Source: Akkermansia muciniphila
GTDB lineage: Bacteria > Verrucomicrobiota > Verrucomicrobiia > Limisphaerales > UBA9464
DNA: 64,000 nt
Assembly (NCBI GenBank): GCA_945898055.1
Contig: CAMDGV010000001.1
Coordinates: forward strand, 18,304 to 82,303
Reading direction: 5' to 3'
The translations under genes were made by a program, and so were the position numbers. The notes under the pieces were generated by a model, which was given only the letters and a program-made list of their open reading frames with translations, made no database searches and was not told where the DNA came from. Below are positions 8,098 through 17,653 of this stretch, one piece after another; within the stretch, counting starts at the first letter, position 1, and each line of letters begins with the position of its first letter.

Positions 8098-10815
8098 ATG
8101 GATAAATGGAATCGGTCTTTCTTTCGGTGGGCGGCCGCTGGCTTGATCGGCCTTGCGGGGTGTCAGAGTGAACCCACGGATTCGGTCAAATCGACGAGCG
8201 GACGCGATTCGGAAACAGTGGGACACAAGGCGGCAGGACGTGCCGTTACTCCGGTCAACCAAGTTTTAACTCCCTTGGGCCGTCAGATCGAATTAACCGG
8301 CTTGAGGCCGCAGGCTCTCGCTCTTTCACCCGACGGTCGCCGTTTGTTGGTTTCTGGTAAGACCAGTGAACTGGTTGTGCTGGATCCACAGAACGGAACG
8401 ATCTTGCAACGGGTCCAATTACCGTCTGAAGACGCCAATGAACCCAACCCGAAGGTGGCCTCCGCTAACATTCTCAAGCCCGATCCCAAAGGGCAGGTTA
8501 GTTTTACTGGGTTAAAGTATTCTCCCGATGGTCGCCGAGTTTTTCTCAGTAATGTAAATGGTAGCCTAAAGGTATTCACGGTGGCCAAGGATGGCTCACT
8601 TCAGGCCTCTCACTCGATTCGACTCCCTGAAGCCGGTGCTGAGCGGCGCAAGGATGAAATCCCTTCTGGCTTGGCCTTCAGTACCGATGGCCGGCGGCTT
8701 TATGTCTGTGCCAATTTGTCCAATCAGTTGCTGGAATTAGACGCCGATTCTGGAGCGGTTCTTCGGCGATTTCGAGTGGGTGTCGCCCCGTACGATGTGG
8801 CCTGTGTCGGCGATAAAGCTTACGTGAGTAATTGGGGCGGGAGACGTCCTGGACCGGATGATTTAAGCGGCCCGATTGGACGTGGAACCACAGTGAGGGT
8901 CGATCCGGTTCGGCATATTGCCAGCGAGGGCTCGGTCACCGTGATAGATCTTCACAGCGAGAATCCGCGTAACTCGGTGGAAATCCTCACCGGACTTCAT
9001 TCTTCGGCCTTGGTGGTTTCACCGAATCAGCGCTATGTCGTCTGTGCTAATGCTGGATCGGATACTCTCAGCGTTTTAGAGACTCGCACGGATTCGTTAG
9101 TGGAAACCGTTTGGGCTAAAATCACCCCCGCTGATCTCTTGGGCGCCACGCCAAATGCACTCGTTTTTGCTCCGAACGGTCGAACACTTTACGTGGCAAA
9201 TGGCTCGCAGAACGCGGTCGCGGTCATCCAATTTCAACCTAAAAATCGAGCATCAAAACTGACTGGGCTAATTCCTGTGGGTTGGTTTCCAGGAGCCTTA
9301 GTCTATGATCAACCTCGGAAACAATTGATGGTTGCCAACATCAAAGGCTTGCCATCCCGCCCGAAGAGTCGGCCATCAGAACCGGATGGATTTAACTCAC
9401 ATCACTATAATGGCTCTGTTTCTTTTGTTCCTTTGCCGGCTAAAAGAGACCTGCCAAAACTTTCAGAAACGGTGACCCGCAATTTGCGACGTGATGCCAT
9501 TTTAGCTTCACGATTACCGGCCCGACCGGGCGTTGCTCCGCGCCCGATCCCTGAGCGCATTGGTGAACCGAGCGTCTTTAAACATGTCATCTATGTCATC
9601 AAAGAAAACCGCACTTTCGATCAGGTTTTTGGGGATGATTCTCGCGGTAACGGACGCCCTGATTTATGTGTCTTTGGAGAAAAAATTACGCCGAATCTTC
9701 ACAAAATTGCCCGTGAATTTGTACTGTTAGATAACACCTATTGCTCCGGAATATTAAGTGCCGATGGTCATCAGTGGTCTACTACTGCTTTTTCGACGGA
9801 TTACATGGAGAAGTCCTTCGCGGGATTCCCTCGGACTTACCCCGATGGTATGGGAGAAGATGAGGCAGACGCGCTAGCGTATTCTTCGTCAGGGTTCATT
9901 TGGGACAATGCGATCAAGCACGGAAAAACTCTTCGAGATTACGGTGAATTTGCCGCACCGACGGTGCGTTGGCGTGACCCAAAGAAAAAAGGGACGCCCG
10001 ATTTCTTGCCCTGTTATCGCACGTGGAAGGGGGACTCTTCGGAAGTTATTTTTTCGAGTTATCCGATGGTCGAATCCCTTCGACCTTATATGCCAACTAA
10101 CTATGTGGGTTGGGAAATGTCGGTGCCGGATCAATATCGGGCGGACTTCTTTATCAATGAACTCAAGCAGTTTGAAGCCACCGGCCAAATGCCGAACCTA
10201 ACGCTGATCTGCCTCCCGAATGATCACACCAGCGGCACCTCTTTTGGTCAGCCAACTCCAGCTGCCTGTGTTGCCGATAATGATCTCGCCTTTGGTCGCA
10301 TCGTCGAAGCAGTCAGTCATAGTCGTTTCTGGCCAGAAACTTTGATTGTTGCCATTGAGGACGATCCACAAGCGGGTTGGGATCATGTCAGCGGTTATCG
10401 AACTACTGCCTTCTGCGTGAGTCCTTATACCCGCCGTGGAGCGGTGATCTCTACCCAGTACAATACGACCAGCCTCATTCGTACCATTGGTCAAGTACTT
10501 GGTATGAAACCGATGAATCAGTTCGATGCTAGTGCAACGCCGTTGACTGATTGCTTTACCAATATCCCCAATTTTACCCCGTACACAGCTGTCCCGAACA
10601 CTGTGCCACTTGACCAAATGAATCCTCCAGCGCACGCGCTTCGGGATCCAGTCCTGCGCCGTGATGCCGAAGTCTCTGCCCGACTTAATTTTCGGGAGGT
10701 GGACCGAGCCCCTGAGGATGTTCTTAATCGGATTCTTTGGAATGTGATGGCAGGGACGGACCGGCCCTATCCGCAGTGGGCCGTCACGCCTGCCGGGGAC
10801 GATGATGACGACTGA
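8098..10815 (+). CDS. lipoprotein: YncE-like beta-propeller fused to a phosphoesterase (phospholipase C / AcpA-type) domain
   Basis: 905-aa ORF with lipobox LAGC. The N-terminal half has repeated SPDGRRL / SPDGRRVF / STDGRRLYV / APNGRTLYVANG blades. The C-terminal half opens with HVIYVIKENRTFDQVFG, the hallmark of the phosphoesterase family. Confidence 0.75.
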   Translation: MDKWNRSFFRWAAAGLIGLAGCQSEPTDSVKSTSGRDSETVGHKAAGRAVTPVNQVLTPLGRQIELTGLRPQALALSPDGRRLLVSGKTSELVVLDPQNGTILQRVQLPSEDANEPNPKVASANILKPDPKGQVSFTGLKYSPDGRRVFLSNVNGSLKVFTVAKDGSLQASHSIRLPEAGAERRKDEIPSGLAFSTDGRRLYVCANLSNQLLELDADSGAVLRRFRVGVAPYDVACVGDKAYVSNWGGRRPGPDDLSGPIGRGTTVRVDPVRHIASEGSVTVIDLHSENPRNSVEILTGLHSSALVVSPNQRYVVCANAGSDTLSVLETRTDSLVETVWAKITPADLLGATPNALVFAPNGRTLYVANGSQNAVAVIQFQPKNRASKLTGLIPVGWFPGALVYDQPRKQLMVANIKGLPSRPKSRPSEPDGFNSHHYNGSVSFVPLPAKRDLPKLSETVTRNLRRDAILASRLPARPGVAPRPIPERIGEPSVFKHVIYVIKENRTFDQVFGDDSRGNGRPDLCVFGEKITPNLHKIAREFVLLDNTYCSGILSADGHQWSTTAFSTDYMEKSFAGFPRTYPDGMGEDEADALAYSSSGFIWDNAIKHGKTLRDYGEFAAPTVRWRDPKKKGTPDFLPCYRTWKGDSSEVIFSSYPMVESLRPYMPTNYVGWEMSVPDQYRADFFINELKQFEATGQMPNLTLICLPNDHTSGTSFGQPTPAACVADNDLAFGRIVEAVSHSRFWPETLIVAIEDDPQAGWDHVSGYRTTAFCVSPYTRRGAVISTQYNTTSLIRTIGQVLGMKPMNQFDASATPLTDCFTNIPNFTPYTAVPNTVPLDQMNPPAHALRDPVLRRDAEVSARLNFREVDRAPEDVLNRILWNVMAGTDRPYPQWAVTPAGDDDDD

Positions 10816-11139
10816 GTTTTGCGTTTGCAAAAAGGGTTAGGTGTAAGCGCCCAGTCTTTCTTTCCTCCTCGGCGCCTTCAGGAAAACCATCGGCACACTG
10901 TCTCTTGGTGAAGCAGGCGTGCCGGAGGTAACGGGTAGACGGCGAGCACCTCTTGTACCTGTGGGTTTAGATCTGAGTTCACCTCTGTCGGCCCGGTTTT
11001 GGCGAGCCAGATAGGAAGCCAATTAGGTGATTATTTTGTCGGTGGTTTACAGCGGATCAGCACTCTGTTGAAGCGTCAACAATCCCTGTCGACAGAATGG
11101 CTTTCGTTAAAGGGGTCCTTTTTCACTTCGGAGTCCGAA

Positions 11140-12444
11140 TTATTCTGGGAGAATTGTGCTGCAGTCATCGTCGGATTTGCGTGGTTTCCAAAGGCTAATT
11201 TCTGGGACCAGCATCAAACTAGCGGCGACGATCAACCCAGTGGCAATCCATCCAAGGGTCGATGGTTTCAGTACTTCCACGGCTTGGAAAGCAACCAGCG
11301 GCGCGAGGACACCTCGGATTCCGGTAAGAAAAGTGTGGATCGCCATATAATCTGTCACTCGATTGGGCGGCGCTACTTTGGTGACCCAAAGGCCCCAAGC
11401 AACATCGCCTCCGGCATTAGAAATGCCATAAAGAATCGACCCTATGACCAGTCCGGTTGTGGATTGACTGATAAAAAAAGTGCCGATCCCAGCGGCAAAT
11501 CCTAGATTCAGAATAATCCGAAGACGGAAGAAATTCATGCGATCGAAAAGATGCCCCCAGATTGGACTCATAATCAATCGAGCGGCATTGGGTAACACCA
11601 AGGTCAGGAGAGCAATTTCGGCCGCGCCAAGAGTGAGTCCGTACTTCGGATTACCGAGGTACTCGATCCGCAAGGGAAGCATGGCTAAGTTGGCAAAGCC
11701 CATTAGCATCCAAGCGATGAGCGCTTGGCGAAAGATCCGATCTTCGCGCACAAACCGGAGGCCTTGAAGCGAATGTCCTACGGAATCCGGCCGCAACGGG
11801 GAGGACGGAATGCGACTGACAGCCCAAGCCGCCGCCAGATAAGCGAGGGCAAAGAGGCCGCAGAGAACACGCCAGCGATCGGGTACCTTGTGAATAAAAG
11901 CGGTGATTCGAAACAAAGGAATCCCGAGCACGTCGGCAATTTCCCCAAGTTGTGGTTCGAGAATTTGGCCTCCAATCCAAGCAAAAATCATAGCCGAGGC
12001 TATACGAATCATAAAGGCGCTAGAGTAAAGCTTCCCTCGCCGATTCGCTGGATAATTATCCTGATAAAGCTGGGTCATCAAAGGGATGGCACAGGTGGCT
12101 GTGGCCAGAGCAATAATCGATCCGATAGAGTAAAACTTGGGGTGGTGATAAACACCAATTCCTAAACAACAAACGCCTCCCAGAAATAGCAGGCGCGAAA
12201 TCGCCGCAGACGGTGCCATACCCAACCTACGAGCAAAACTCACCACCAACGGAGACAGCAGAAGGCCGATGGATGTGCCCCCAGCAATAAGCCCTTTCCA
12301 AATGGGCCCAAGGTCAAACTGCCGCGTGGCAATGAGGAGCAGAAATGTGCTCCCAGCAGTCTCAATGACCCCAGCAAACAATGAACGCCAACGCTCCTGT
12401 CGGAAGGTAAGGAGTTCTCGTGTTGCCGGAGTCATGCGATGCAA
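11140..12444 (-). CDS. MFS-type transporter
   Basis: 434-aa ORF with about 12 hydrophobic spans in a 6+6 layout. Substrate cannot be inferred. Confidence 0.65.
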   Translation of the reverse strand: MHRMTPATRELLTFRQERWRSLFAGVIETAGSTFLLLIATRQFDLGPIWKGLIAGGTSIGLLLSPLVVSFARRLGMAPSAAISRLLFLGGVCCLGIGVYHHPKFYSIGSIIALATATCAIPLMTQLYQDNYPANRRGKLYSSAFMIRIASAMIFAWIGGQILEPQLGEIADVLGIPLFRITAFIHKVPDRWRVLCGLFALAYLAAAWAVSRIPSSPLRPDSVGHSLQGLRFVREDRIFRQALIAWMLMGFANLAMLPLRIEYLGNPKYGLTLGAAEIALLTLVLPNAARLIMSPIWGHLFDRMNFFRLRIILNLGFAAGIGTFFISQSTTGLVIGSILYGISNAGGDVAWGLWVTKVAPPNRVTDYMAIHTFLTGIRGVLAPLVAFQAVEVLKPSTLGWIATGLIVAASLMLVPEISLWKPRKSDDDCSTILPE

Positions 12445-12503
12445 TCAAAGAGTTCTCCCCTCAAATCTCTGAGAGGAGGTTGTTTAATCCCGTGAGAAAA
12501 GCC

Positions 12504-14246
12504 TCAAAACTGACGATCGGTGACCGCACCCTCGCTAGCGTTGCTCACCGTGGCCGCGTATTTGGCAAGAACACCACGAGTGTAATTAGGCTTTGGCTGT
12601 TTCCAGAGCTTCAAACGCGAGGCGAGTTCTGAACTCGGAATATCGAGAGTGATGGCCCTATTCTTTGCATCGATCAAAATTGAATCTCCATTTTTCACAA
12701 CGGCAATAGGGCCACCGTCAAAGGACTCTGGTGTAATGTGCCCAATGACAAAACCATGGGATCCACCACTGAAACGCCCATCGGTAATGAGTGCTACCGT
12801 CTTCCCTAATCCCTTACCCATAATGGCGCTGGTGGGTGAGAGCATCTCTCGCATACCCGGCCCGCCCTTTGGCCCTTCACCGCGAATAACAATGACATGG
12901 CCCGCCTTCACTTTGCCACAAAGAATTCCTTGGAGAGCGTCTTCCTCGCGTTCAAAAACAATCGCCTTACCACTAAACTGAAGCCCTTCTTTACCGGATA
13001 TCTTACCCACTGCGCCGCTTGGGCAAAGGTTGCCTCGAAAGACGACCAAGTGGCTGTCCTTCTTAATTGGGTTGGCAAGGCTACGAATAATATCTTGGCC
13101 GGCGGGGTACTTCGGTGCATTCCGCAGATTCTCCTTCATCGTCTTGCCAGTTACGGTGAGGACATCCCCATGGAGAAGGCCCGCATCGAGCAGCATTTTC
13201 ATCAGGGGCACGGTACCACCGATTTCAACCAACCGTGACATCACATATTTTCCTGACGGCTTCAGATCAGCGAGAACCGGTACGCGTTTCCCAACACGGG
13301 TCCAATCATCAATGGTGAGCTTAATCCCGGCACAATGAGCCATGGCGATGAGGTGCATCACTGCATTCGTCGATCCTCCGAGCGCGATAACCACGGTCAT
13401 CGCGTTCTCAAACGCCTTCTTGGTCATAATATCGCGAGGTTTAATATCTCGCTTGAGTAGATTTAAAACGGCAGCACCGGACTGTTCGCAATCCAGTGTC
13501 TTTTCTTTGGAAACAGCCGCTTGAGCCGAAGAATTAGGCAGGCTCATTCCCAATGCTTCGATGGCACTCGCCATCGTGTTAGCTGTGTACATCCCTCCAC
13601 AACTGCCCGCACCCGGAATCGCCACTTCAGCGATGGCTTCAACTTCTTCCGCAGAACATTGACCGGCCGCATTCTTCCCCACCGCTTCGAAAATATTGAC
13701 CAGATCCACATCTTTTCCGTGGTGAGTTCCCGGCAAAATAGTGCCTCCGTAAACAAAAAGACTCGGTCGGTTTAGACGCGCCATTGCCATAATACAGCCC
13801 GGCATATTCTTGTCGCACCCGCCCACCGTAATAAAGGCGTCGAACCCTTGGCAGCCGACTACCGTTTCAATCGAGTCGGCGATAACCTCCCGTGAGACGA
13901 GCGAGTATTTCATGCCTTCCGTCCCCATCGAGATACCGTCGGAAATAGTAATCGTATTGAAAACAATGGCTTTGCCTCCATTTTCATTAATACCTTGAGC
14001 GACACTCACCGCCAGTTGGTCGATATGCATATTGCACGGGGTCACCATGCTCCAGGTGGACGCGACGCCGACTTGTGGTTTAGAGAAGTCTTCCTTCTTG
14101 AAACCGGTAGCGTAGAGCATTCCCCGACTCGGGGCCCGTTCGATTCCGTCCACGACCAGAGACGAAAAAGCACGTTCTTTGGTTTTCGGTTTTTTGATTG
14201 TGGATTTGTTGGGCTTCACAGATTTGGCGGATTCACTGCGTTTCAT
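12504..14246 (-). CDS. ilvD: dihydroxy-acid dehydratase
   Basis: MLYATGFKKEDFSKPQVGVAS..., the GGCDKNMPG cluster motif and the full-length IlvD/Edd pattern. I moved the start to Met57 (ATG, complement of 14244-14246). The longer ORF (to 14414) reads through repeat copy R1-A and adds unrelated sequence. Confidence 0.9.
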   Translation of the reverse strand: MKRSESAKSVKPNKSTIKKPKTKERAFSSLVVDGIERAPSRGMLYATGFKKEDFSKPQVGVASTWSMVTPCNMHIDQLAVSVAQGINENGGKAIVFNTITISDGISMGTEGMKYSLVSREVIADSIETVVGCQGFDAFITVGGCDKNMPGCIMAMARLNRPSLFVYGGTILPGTHHGKDVDLVNIFEAVGKNAAGQCSAEEVEAIAEVAIPGAGSCGGMYTANTMASAIEALGMSLPNSSAQAAVSKEKTLDCEQSGAAVLNLLKRDIKPRDIMTKKAFENAMTVVIALGGSTNAVMHLIAMAHCAGIKLTIDDWTRVGKRVPVLADLKPSGKYVMSRLVEIGGTVPLMKMLLDAGLLHGDVLTVTGKTMKENLRNAPKYPAGQDIIRSLANPIKKDSHLVVFRGNLCPSGAVGKISGKEGLQFSGKAIVFEREEDALQGILCGKVKAGHVIVIRGEGPKGGPGMREMLSPTSAIMGKGLGKTVALITDGRFSGGSHGFVIGHITPESFDGGPIAVVKNGDSILIDAKNRAITLDIPSSELASRLKLWKQPKPNYTRGVLAKYAATVSNASEGAVTDRQF

Positions 14247-14300
14247 GTGTGGCAACAAGGGTGACGAGAAGCGCCCCTCTTCGGAAAGCGGAAAGAAGAA

Positions 14301-14332
14301 CTGATAGGAATTTGCTTTTTGCCGCGGAGGGT
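14301..14332 (+). repeat. dispersed repeat R1, copy A
   Basis: CTGATAGGAATTTGCTTTTTGCCGCGGAGGGT, starting 54 nt upstream of the ilvD start. In the ilvD sense it reads ...GGCAAAAAGCAAATTCCTATCAG toward the ATG. Confidence 0.8.
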
Positions 14333-14586
14333 AAAAGCGTAGGCAGATCGCGCGTATTCTCGCATCCACCGGAAGTCTGTCGATGGCGGCAACTTTACTG
14401 CCATCGGCGCTCACGAATCTCCGCGCACCACCAAACTCTTTGACCGAATCAATGACCAGATCACGCTGGAGGAAGTCGAGCGGATTCGGATCTGAAACAC
14501 TTTGCTTCCAGGTGGTGGCCCAAGCCGTCGAGCGGCGTCTTGATTCACTCGTAGCGCAGACGGGCGAGACGAGGCTGAATCCCCCG

Positions 14587-14871
14587 TCAGACCTTGAGGG
14601 TCGCCATCAACCGCAAAAACTCTCCGGGGCGCACTATCCGGGTGCCTTGGAAATCACCGACGCTGAGCAGGTCCTTATCGACGCTGACCAGAAACTTTGT
14701 GTTGTTAGCGATAGCCTTCCCCAAAACAGGGAGATCCTCCGGGTCCCGACAGGCGGTCGCCGGTATCGGGACGGGTTTGACGCGTCCGTCTGCACTAGCC
14801 CGTTTTGGCGGCGTGAGGTGTTGCGGAGCGGTCAGGAATTGAAAGCATACTTTGATAAACTCTGTTATTTT
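14587..14871 (-). pseudogene. C-terminal remnant of a PIN-family toxin (TIGR00305-like)
   Basis: Hand translation of the minus frame gives ...RVKPVPIPATACRDPEDLPVLGKAIANNTKFLVSVDKDLLSVGDFQGTRIVRPGEFLRLMATLKV*. This matches the remembered C-terminal pattern C.DP.D..fL..A....A.yLVtgDkDLL.l..f.g..Iv.P.eFl. The frame is open for only 94 codons, with an upstream TAA at 14872-14874. No start codon yields 60 aa or more, so it is absent from the ORF track. Confidence 0.55.
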
Positions 14872-14913
14872 TTAGCAAAATCCCTTAAGAGACAAGTTAA
14901 CTGAGGATAGGCT

Positions 14914-15243
14914 ATGAATATCTCCTTGACCGCTCCGTTGGAGGCTTTGATTCACGAAAAGGTTTCGTCTGGCTTTTACAACAATGCCAGCGAGGTGGTA
15001 CGCGAAGCGCTGCGGATCATGCACGAGCGGGATCAGCGCGACGCCGCCAAGCTCGAACGGTTGCGGACGGAGGCAGCGAATGGCTTTGAATCAATGGATC
15101 GGGGCGAGTTTTCAAAGAAGAGCGTCGGCCAGATATTTGATGAGGCGATCCGCAAAAAGGAAGTGAGTTGTGTCGAAGTTTACGCAACGGCTTTCGCGTT
15201 GGGCCGAAGAGAATTTGGCCGCCATCGCCGAACAGACTCTTGA
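14914..15243 (+). CDS. parD: ParD-family (ribbon-helix-helix) antitoxin
   Basis: MNISLTAPLEALIHEKVSSGFYNNASEVVREALRIMHERDQRDAAKLERLRTEAANGFES matches the ParD/COG3609 pattern. The ORF runs 74 nt past the parE start, so its tail may be non-native. Confidence 0.8.
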   Translation: MNISLTAPLEALIHEKVSSGFYNNASEVVREALRIMHERDQRDAAKLERLRTEAANGFESMDRGEFSKKSVGQIFDEAIRKKEVSCVEVYATAFALGRREFGRHRRTDS

Positions 15244-15496
15244 AGACTGGGGTGAGCGACAAGTCGTCAAATATCGAGATTTACTCAAGCAAGGTTTTGC
15301 CAAAATCACGGCCAATCCGCTGACGTCCGGCAGCAAGGACCGGGACGAGATTTTTCCGAGATGCCGCTCCTTCCACGTCGGCAGGCATGTGATCCTCTAC
15401 CGGATCGGGGGAAACGTCGTCGAGGTTGCGCGCGTTCTCCATGATAGTATGGATCTTGATCGACACATTCCACCAGAGTTCCAGGACATCCGATGA
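15170..15496 (+). CDS. parE: ParE/RelE-family toxin
   Basis: 108-aa ORF with a GTG start. The size, the position after parD and the segment ...FHVGRHVILYRIGGNVVEVARVLHDSMDLDRHI are typical of ParE toxins. Confidence 0.8.
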   Translation: MSKFTQRLSRWAEENLAAIAEQTLEDWGERQVVKYRDLLKQGFAKITANPLTSGSKDRDEIFPRCRSFHVGRHVILYRIGGNVVEVARVLHDSMDLDRHIPPEFQDIR

Positions 15497-15506
15497 GTCG
15501 AAAATA

Positions 15507-15545
15507 CTGATAGGAACTGATAGGAAATTGCTTCCGTCTGGGGAT
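15507..15545 (+). repeat. dispersed repeat R1, copy B (5' part duplicated)
   Basis: CTGATAGGAACTGATAGGAAATTGCTTCCGTCTGGGGA lies just after the parE stop and points back into parE (antisense). Confidence 0.75.
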
Positions 15546-15879
15546 CTTCAGCCTCTTCCGGCTTTTAGAGATACTCATGCAAAAGCCGTCGCGATTGTCG
15601 ACAGGGTTCGAAACCGGGACTGAAAGCGGATGGTTTTGGTCCGTTCAGCTTTGCATTGGTCCGGGGAGCCGCCTCCTGCCGCAAGGAAGGTGTGGATGTC
15701 CCACCCGTCGGGTGTGAGTTTCAGCCCTTGGACGCATTGGATCGACCCGAGCACTGGTTGGTTTTGCCCCGAAGCGAGGGTTGATTTGCTTTGAATGCTG
15801 GTTTCACGAGGAATTGGGTCGCGTGTGGTACGGTTGGCGAGGGTGGATTTGATGGGGCCATCTCTGTTTTTAGGCCCTT

Positions 15880-16208
15880 CCATTCAGCGCATTTATGGCA
15901 GGTGTGGATTGCCCACTACGGAGCGGTCGGTTTCCATGGACCCGCTTTGATCAACGTGATTCCAACCGAAGTGAGCCAGACGGCCGGTGGTCTGGGGTGC
16001 CGCGCCATCGTCGAATCGTTTGTCGGTGGCATGCATGGATGCGGTCAACGGAATGCCTAAGGTGGTCTTGTCCTGGCACAGGGAGCTTCAGGAACAGGGG
16101 CCCTTGCAGGAGACGCGAGAAGTCGCCGATCTGCGATGGGTGAGCGTTGAAGAAGCGTTGGATTTGCGGACCCACTCGAATGAACGGGCCTTGCTGGCTC
16201 TGCGGTAA
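15880..16208 (+). pseudogene. possible heavily frameshifted NUDIX-hydrolase remnant
   Basis: Fragments lie in three different frames: IYGRCGLPTTE (zinc-ribbon-like), PDGRWSGVP, and HRELQEQGPL...EVADLRWVSVEEALDL (like the end of a NUDIX box plus a C-terminus). The spacing does not fit a clean NUDIX box, so this call is tentative. Confidence 0.25.
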
Positions 16209-16247
16209 AACCGCGAGCGGCTAGGCCGTTGAAGGGAACTTTGGGTG

Positions 16248-17462
16248 TCACTTCCGTTCCGGCGGCAGCAGAAACAGTCGGGCGTCTCCGGCTCCGAGGG
16301 AGAGTTGAATCCCGGGCAATTCTGGGCTGTCGTCTTGCAAGGGGTTTTCACGTCCGTCTTCTCGGCTAATTTCAGTAGCTTCGCCCTCGGAATCGAAGAC
16401 CACGGTGGGCCAGGCCGTGTAAGCCATGTTGTGGTTGAGCAGCAAGACGGCGCGCCGACCGTCGGCCTGTTTCAGGGAGCCGATCAGGAAGGTGGATTCG
16501 GGATCGGAACCTACCCGGTTCAGCGATCGGACTCCGGTGTGCACCAGCGGTGTCGCCGGATTTCCGGTGGTGTACCGGACGACGCCCTGGCCGGTCAGGC
16601 GCATGAGGACGGGGCCCCAATGCTTGAGCCCGGAGTTAATCCGTCGCGCCTCATCATAGTGACGTGTCTTGAAGCCTTCAGCTGTGAGGAGTGCTCCGCC
16701 CTTGGGGAACTCGCCGGTGCCACCGTTACCCTTGCCTGGGGTCCAGTAGCAGAAGTACAGAACACCCTTGGAACCATGGGCGATGGAGGCGTGGATCATC
16801 CATCGAATCTGGGCCTCGGTGGGATCCATGCGGTCACCGAAAGGCATAGACTGGAAGAAGTTCCAGAAGGGGATGCCCGCTGCGATCGAGTGCTTGCGCA
16901 TCGATTCTAGGTTCTTGAGGTACTCGCTGCGGGAATCGTCACCGGGCCGTATGAGCGGATAGTGGTCCATCGACAGCACATCTGGTTTCACCGTCTCTAC
17001 GAAATTCCGGAGGTACTCTTCGTAGGTCTTGGACCCCATCTGGCCGGGGCCCGCGTAGTTGGGAAATAAATTGATGTAGCCTAGGCGGCCGGGCTTCTGT
17101 TCCCGCAGTGAGGCGACGCGCGCGGCGAGGGCGGGGAAGGCTGCGGTTCCAGGTTCGTCACTCAGGCTGTAGCCCCAGCAAGCGGTGCCGTCGGGCAGGG
17201 GGATGGATGGATCGTCCGCACTAACCAAAACCTTGAGGCCCAGCGATTCGCAGACCCGGACTTGCTCCTCGGCACTGAAGCCGGAGGTTCCGATGACCAG
17301 GTTGAAGTGCGCCTCGCGGATCTCACGGTATCGTTCCGGCAGGTTGTTGGTGGTGCGTGGCGGCACCCAGAAGCCAATGGCGAACCGGTCTTGGATAAAC
17401 CGGGCCGGTTCTGCAGCGAGGGCCAACGACAGCAAACAAAGGATTCCAAGAATTTGGATCAT
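16248..17462 (-). CDS. secreted TIM-barrel glycoside-hydrolase-like protein (GH42-like architecture)
   Basis: 404-aa ORF with signal peptide MIQILGILCLLSLALAAEP. The motifs WGYSLSDEP, INLFPNYA, SMDHYP and FWNFFQ are reminiscent of TIM-barrel glycosidases. The gene is visibly more GC-rich than the core genes. Confidence 0.4.
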   Translation of the reverse strand: MIQILGILCLLSLALAAEPARFIQDRFAIGFWVPPRTTNNLPERYREIREAHFNLVIGTSGFSAEEQVRVCESLGLKVLVSADDPSIPLPDGTACWGYSLSDEPGTAAFPALAARVASLREQKPGRLGYINLFPNYAGPGQMGSKTYEEYLRNFVETVKPDVLSMDHYPLIRPGDDSRSEYLKNLESMRKHSIAAGIPFWNFFQSMPFGDRMDPTEAQIRWMIHASIAHGSKGVLYFCYWTPGKGNGGTGEFPKGGALLTAEGFKTRHYDEARRINSGLKHWGPVLMRLTGQGVVRYTTGNPATPLVHTGVRSLNRVGSDPESTFLIGSLKQADGRRAVLLLNHNMAYTAWPTVVFDSEGEATEISREDGRENPLQDDSPELPGIQLSLGAGDARLFLLPPERK

Positions 17463-17481
17463 GTATTATTAATTAATTGAA

Positions 17482-17653
17482 TTGATAGGAAATTGCTTTT
17501 TGACGGGGAGGGGAAATAGGTCGTTTGCGTGCTGAGCCTCAAGGGATACTGTAGGATAATTCGGCTTTAACGGAGTCTCTCCGATTTGAGATAGAAAACC
17601 AATTCTCCTTTTTCCCCTCCCCATCAAAAAAGCAATTTCCTGCATCCTATCAG
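17482..17653. mobile_element. MITE-like 172-bp unit formed by inverted R1 copies C and D
   Basis: TTGATAGGAAATTGCTTTTTGACGGGGAGGGGAAA (17482-17516) faces the reverse complement of 17611-17653, which reads CTGATAGGATGCAGGAAATTGCTTTTTTGATGGGGAGGGGAAA and carries a 6-nt insertion. About 94 nt of unique sequence lie between them. Confidence 0.6.

Noticed and set aside
10198-10830. A 210-aa minus-strand ORF. Similar long antisense ORFs occur at 16245..16910, 56473..57117 and 57733..58158.
   Set aside because: Each lies antisense inside a strongly supported gene (phosphoesterase fusion, glycosidase-like gene, TonB-dependent receptor) and has no motif.
14247-14414. An N-terminal 56-codon extension of ilvD, as given in the ORF track.
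   Set aside because: The extension is translated from repeat R1-A and adjacent non-coding-looking sequence. It has no counterpart in IlvD proteins as I know them, and Met57 gives a normal IlvD N-terminus.
14383-14904. A 173-aa plus-strand ORF between ilvD and parD.
   Set aside because: It is antisense to the PIN C-terminal remnant, which has a far more convincing translation. The plus-strand product has no recognisable features.
15604-15618. A tRNA T-loop-like string, GGGTTCGAAACCGGG.
   Set aside because: The flanking bases do not form a T-stem (CAGGG versus CCGGG are not complementary). No acceptor, D or anticodon arms could be drawn. I found no other tRNA-like sequence in the window.
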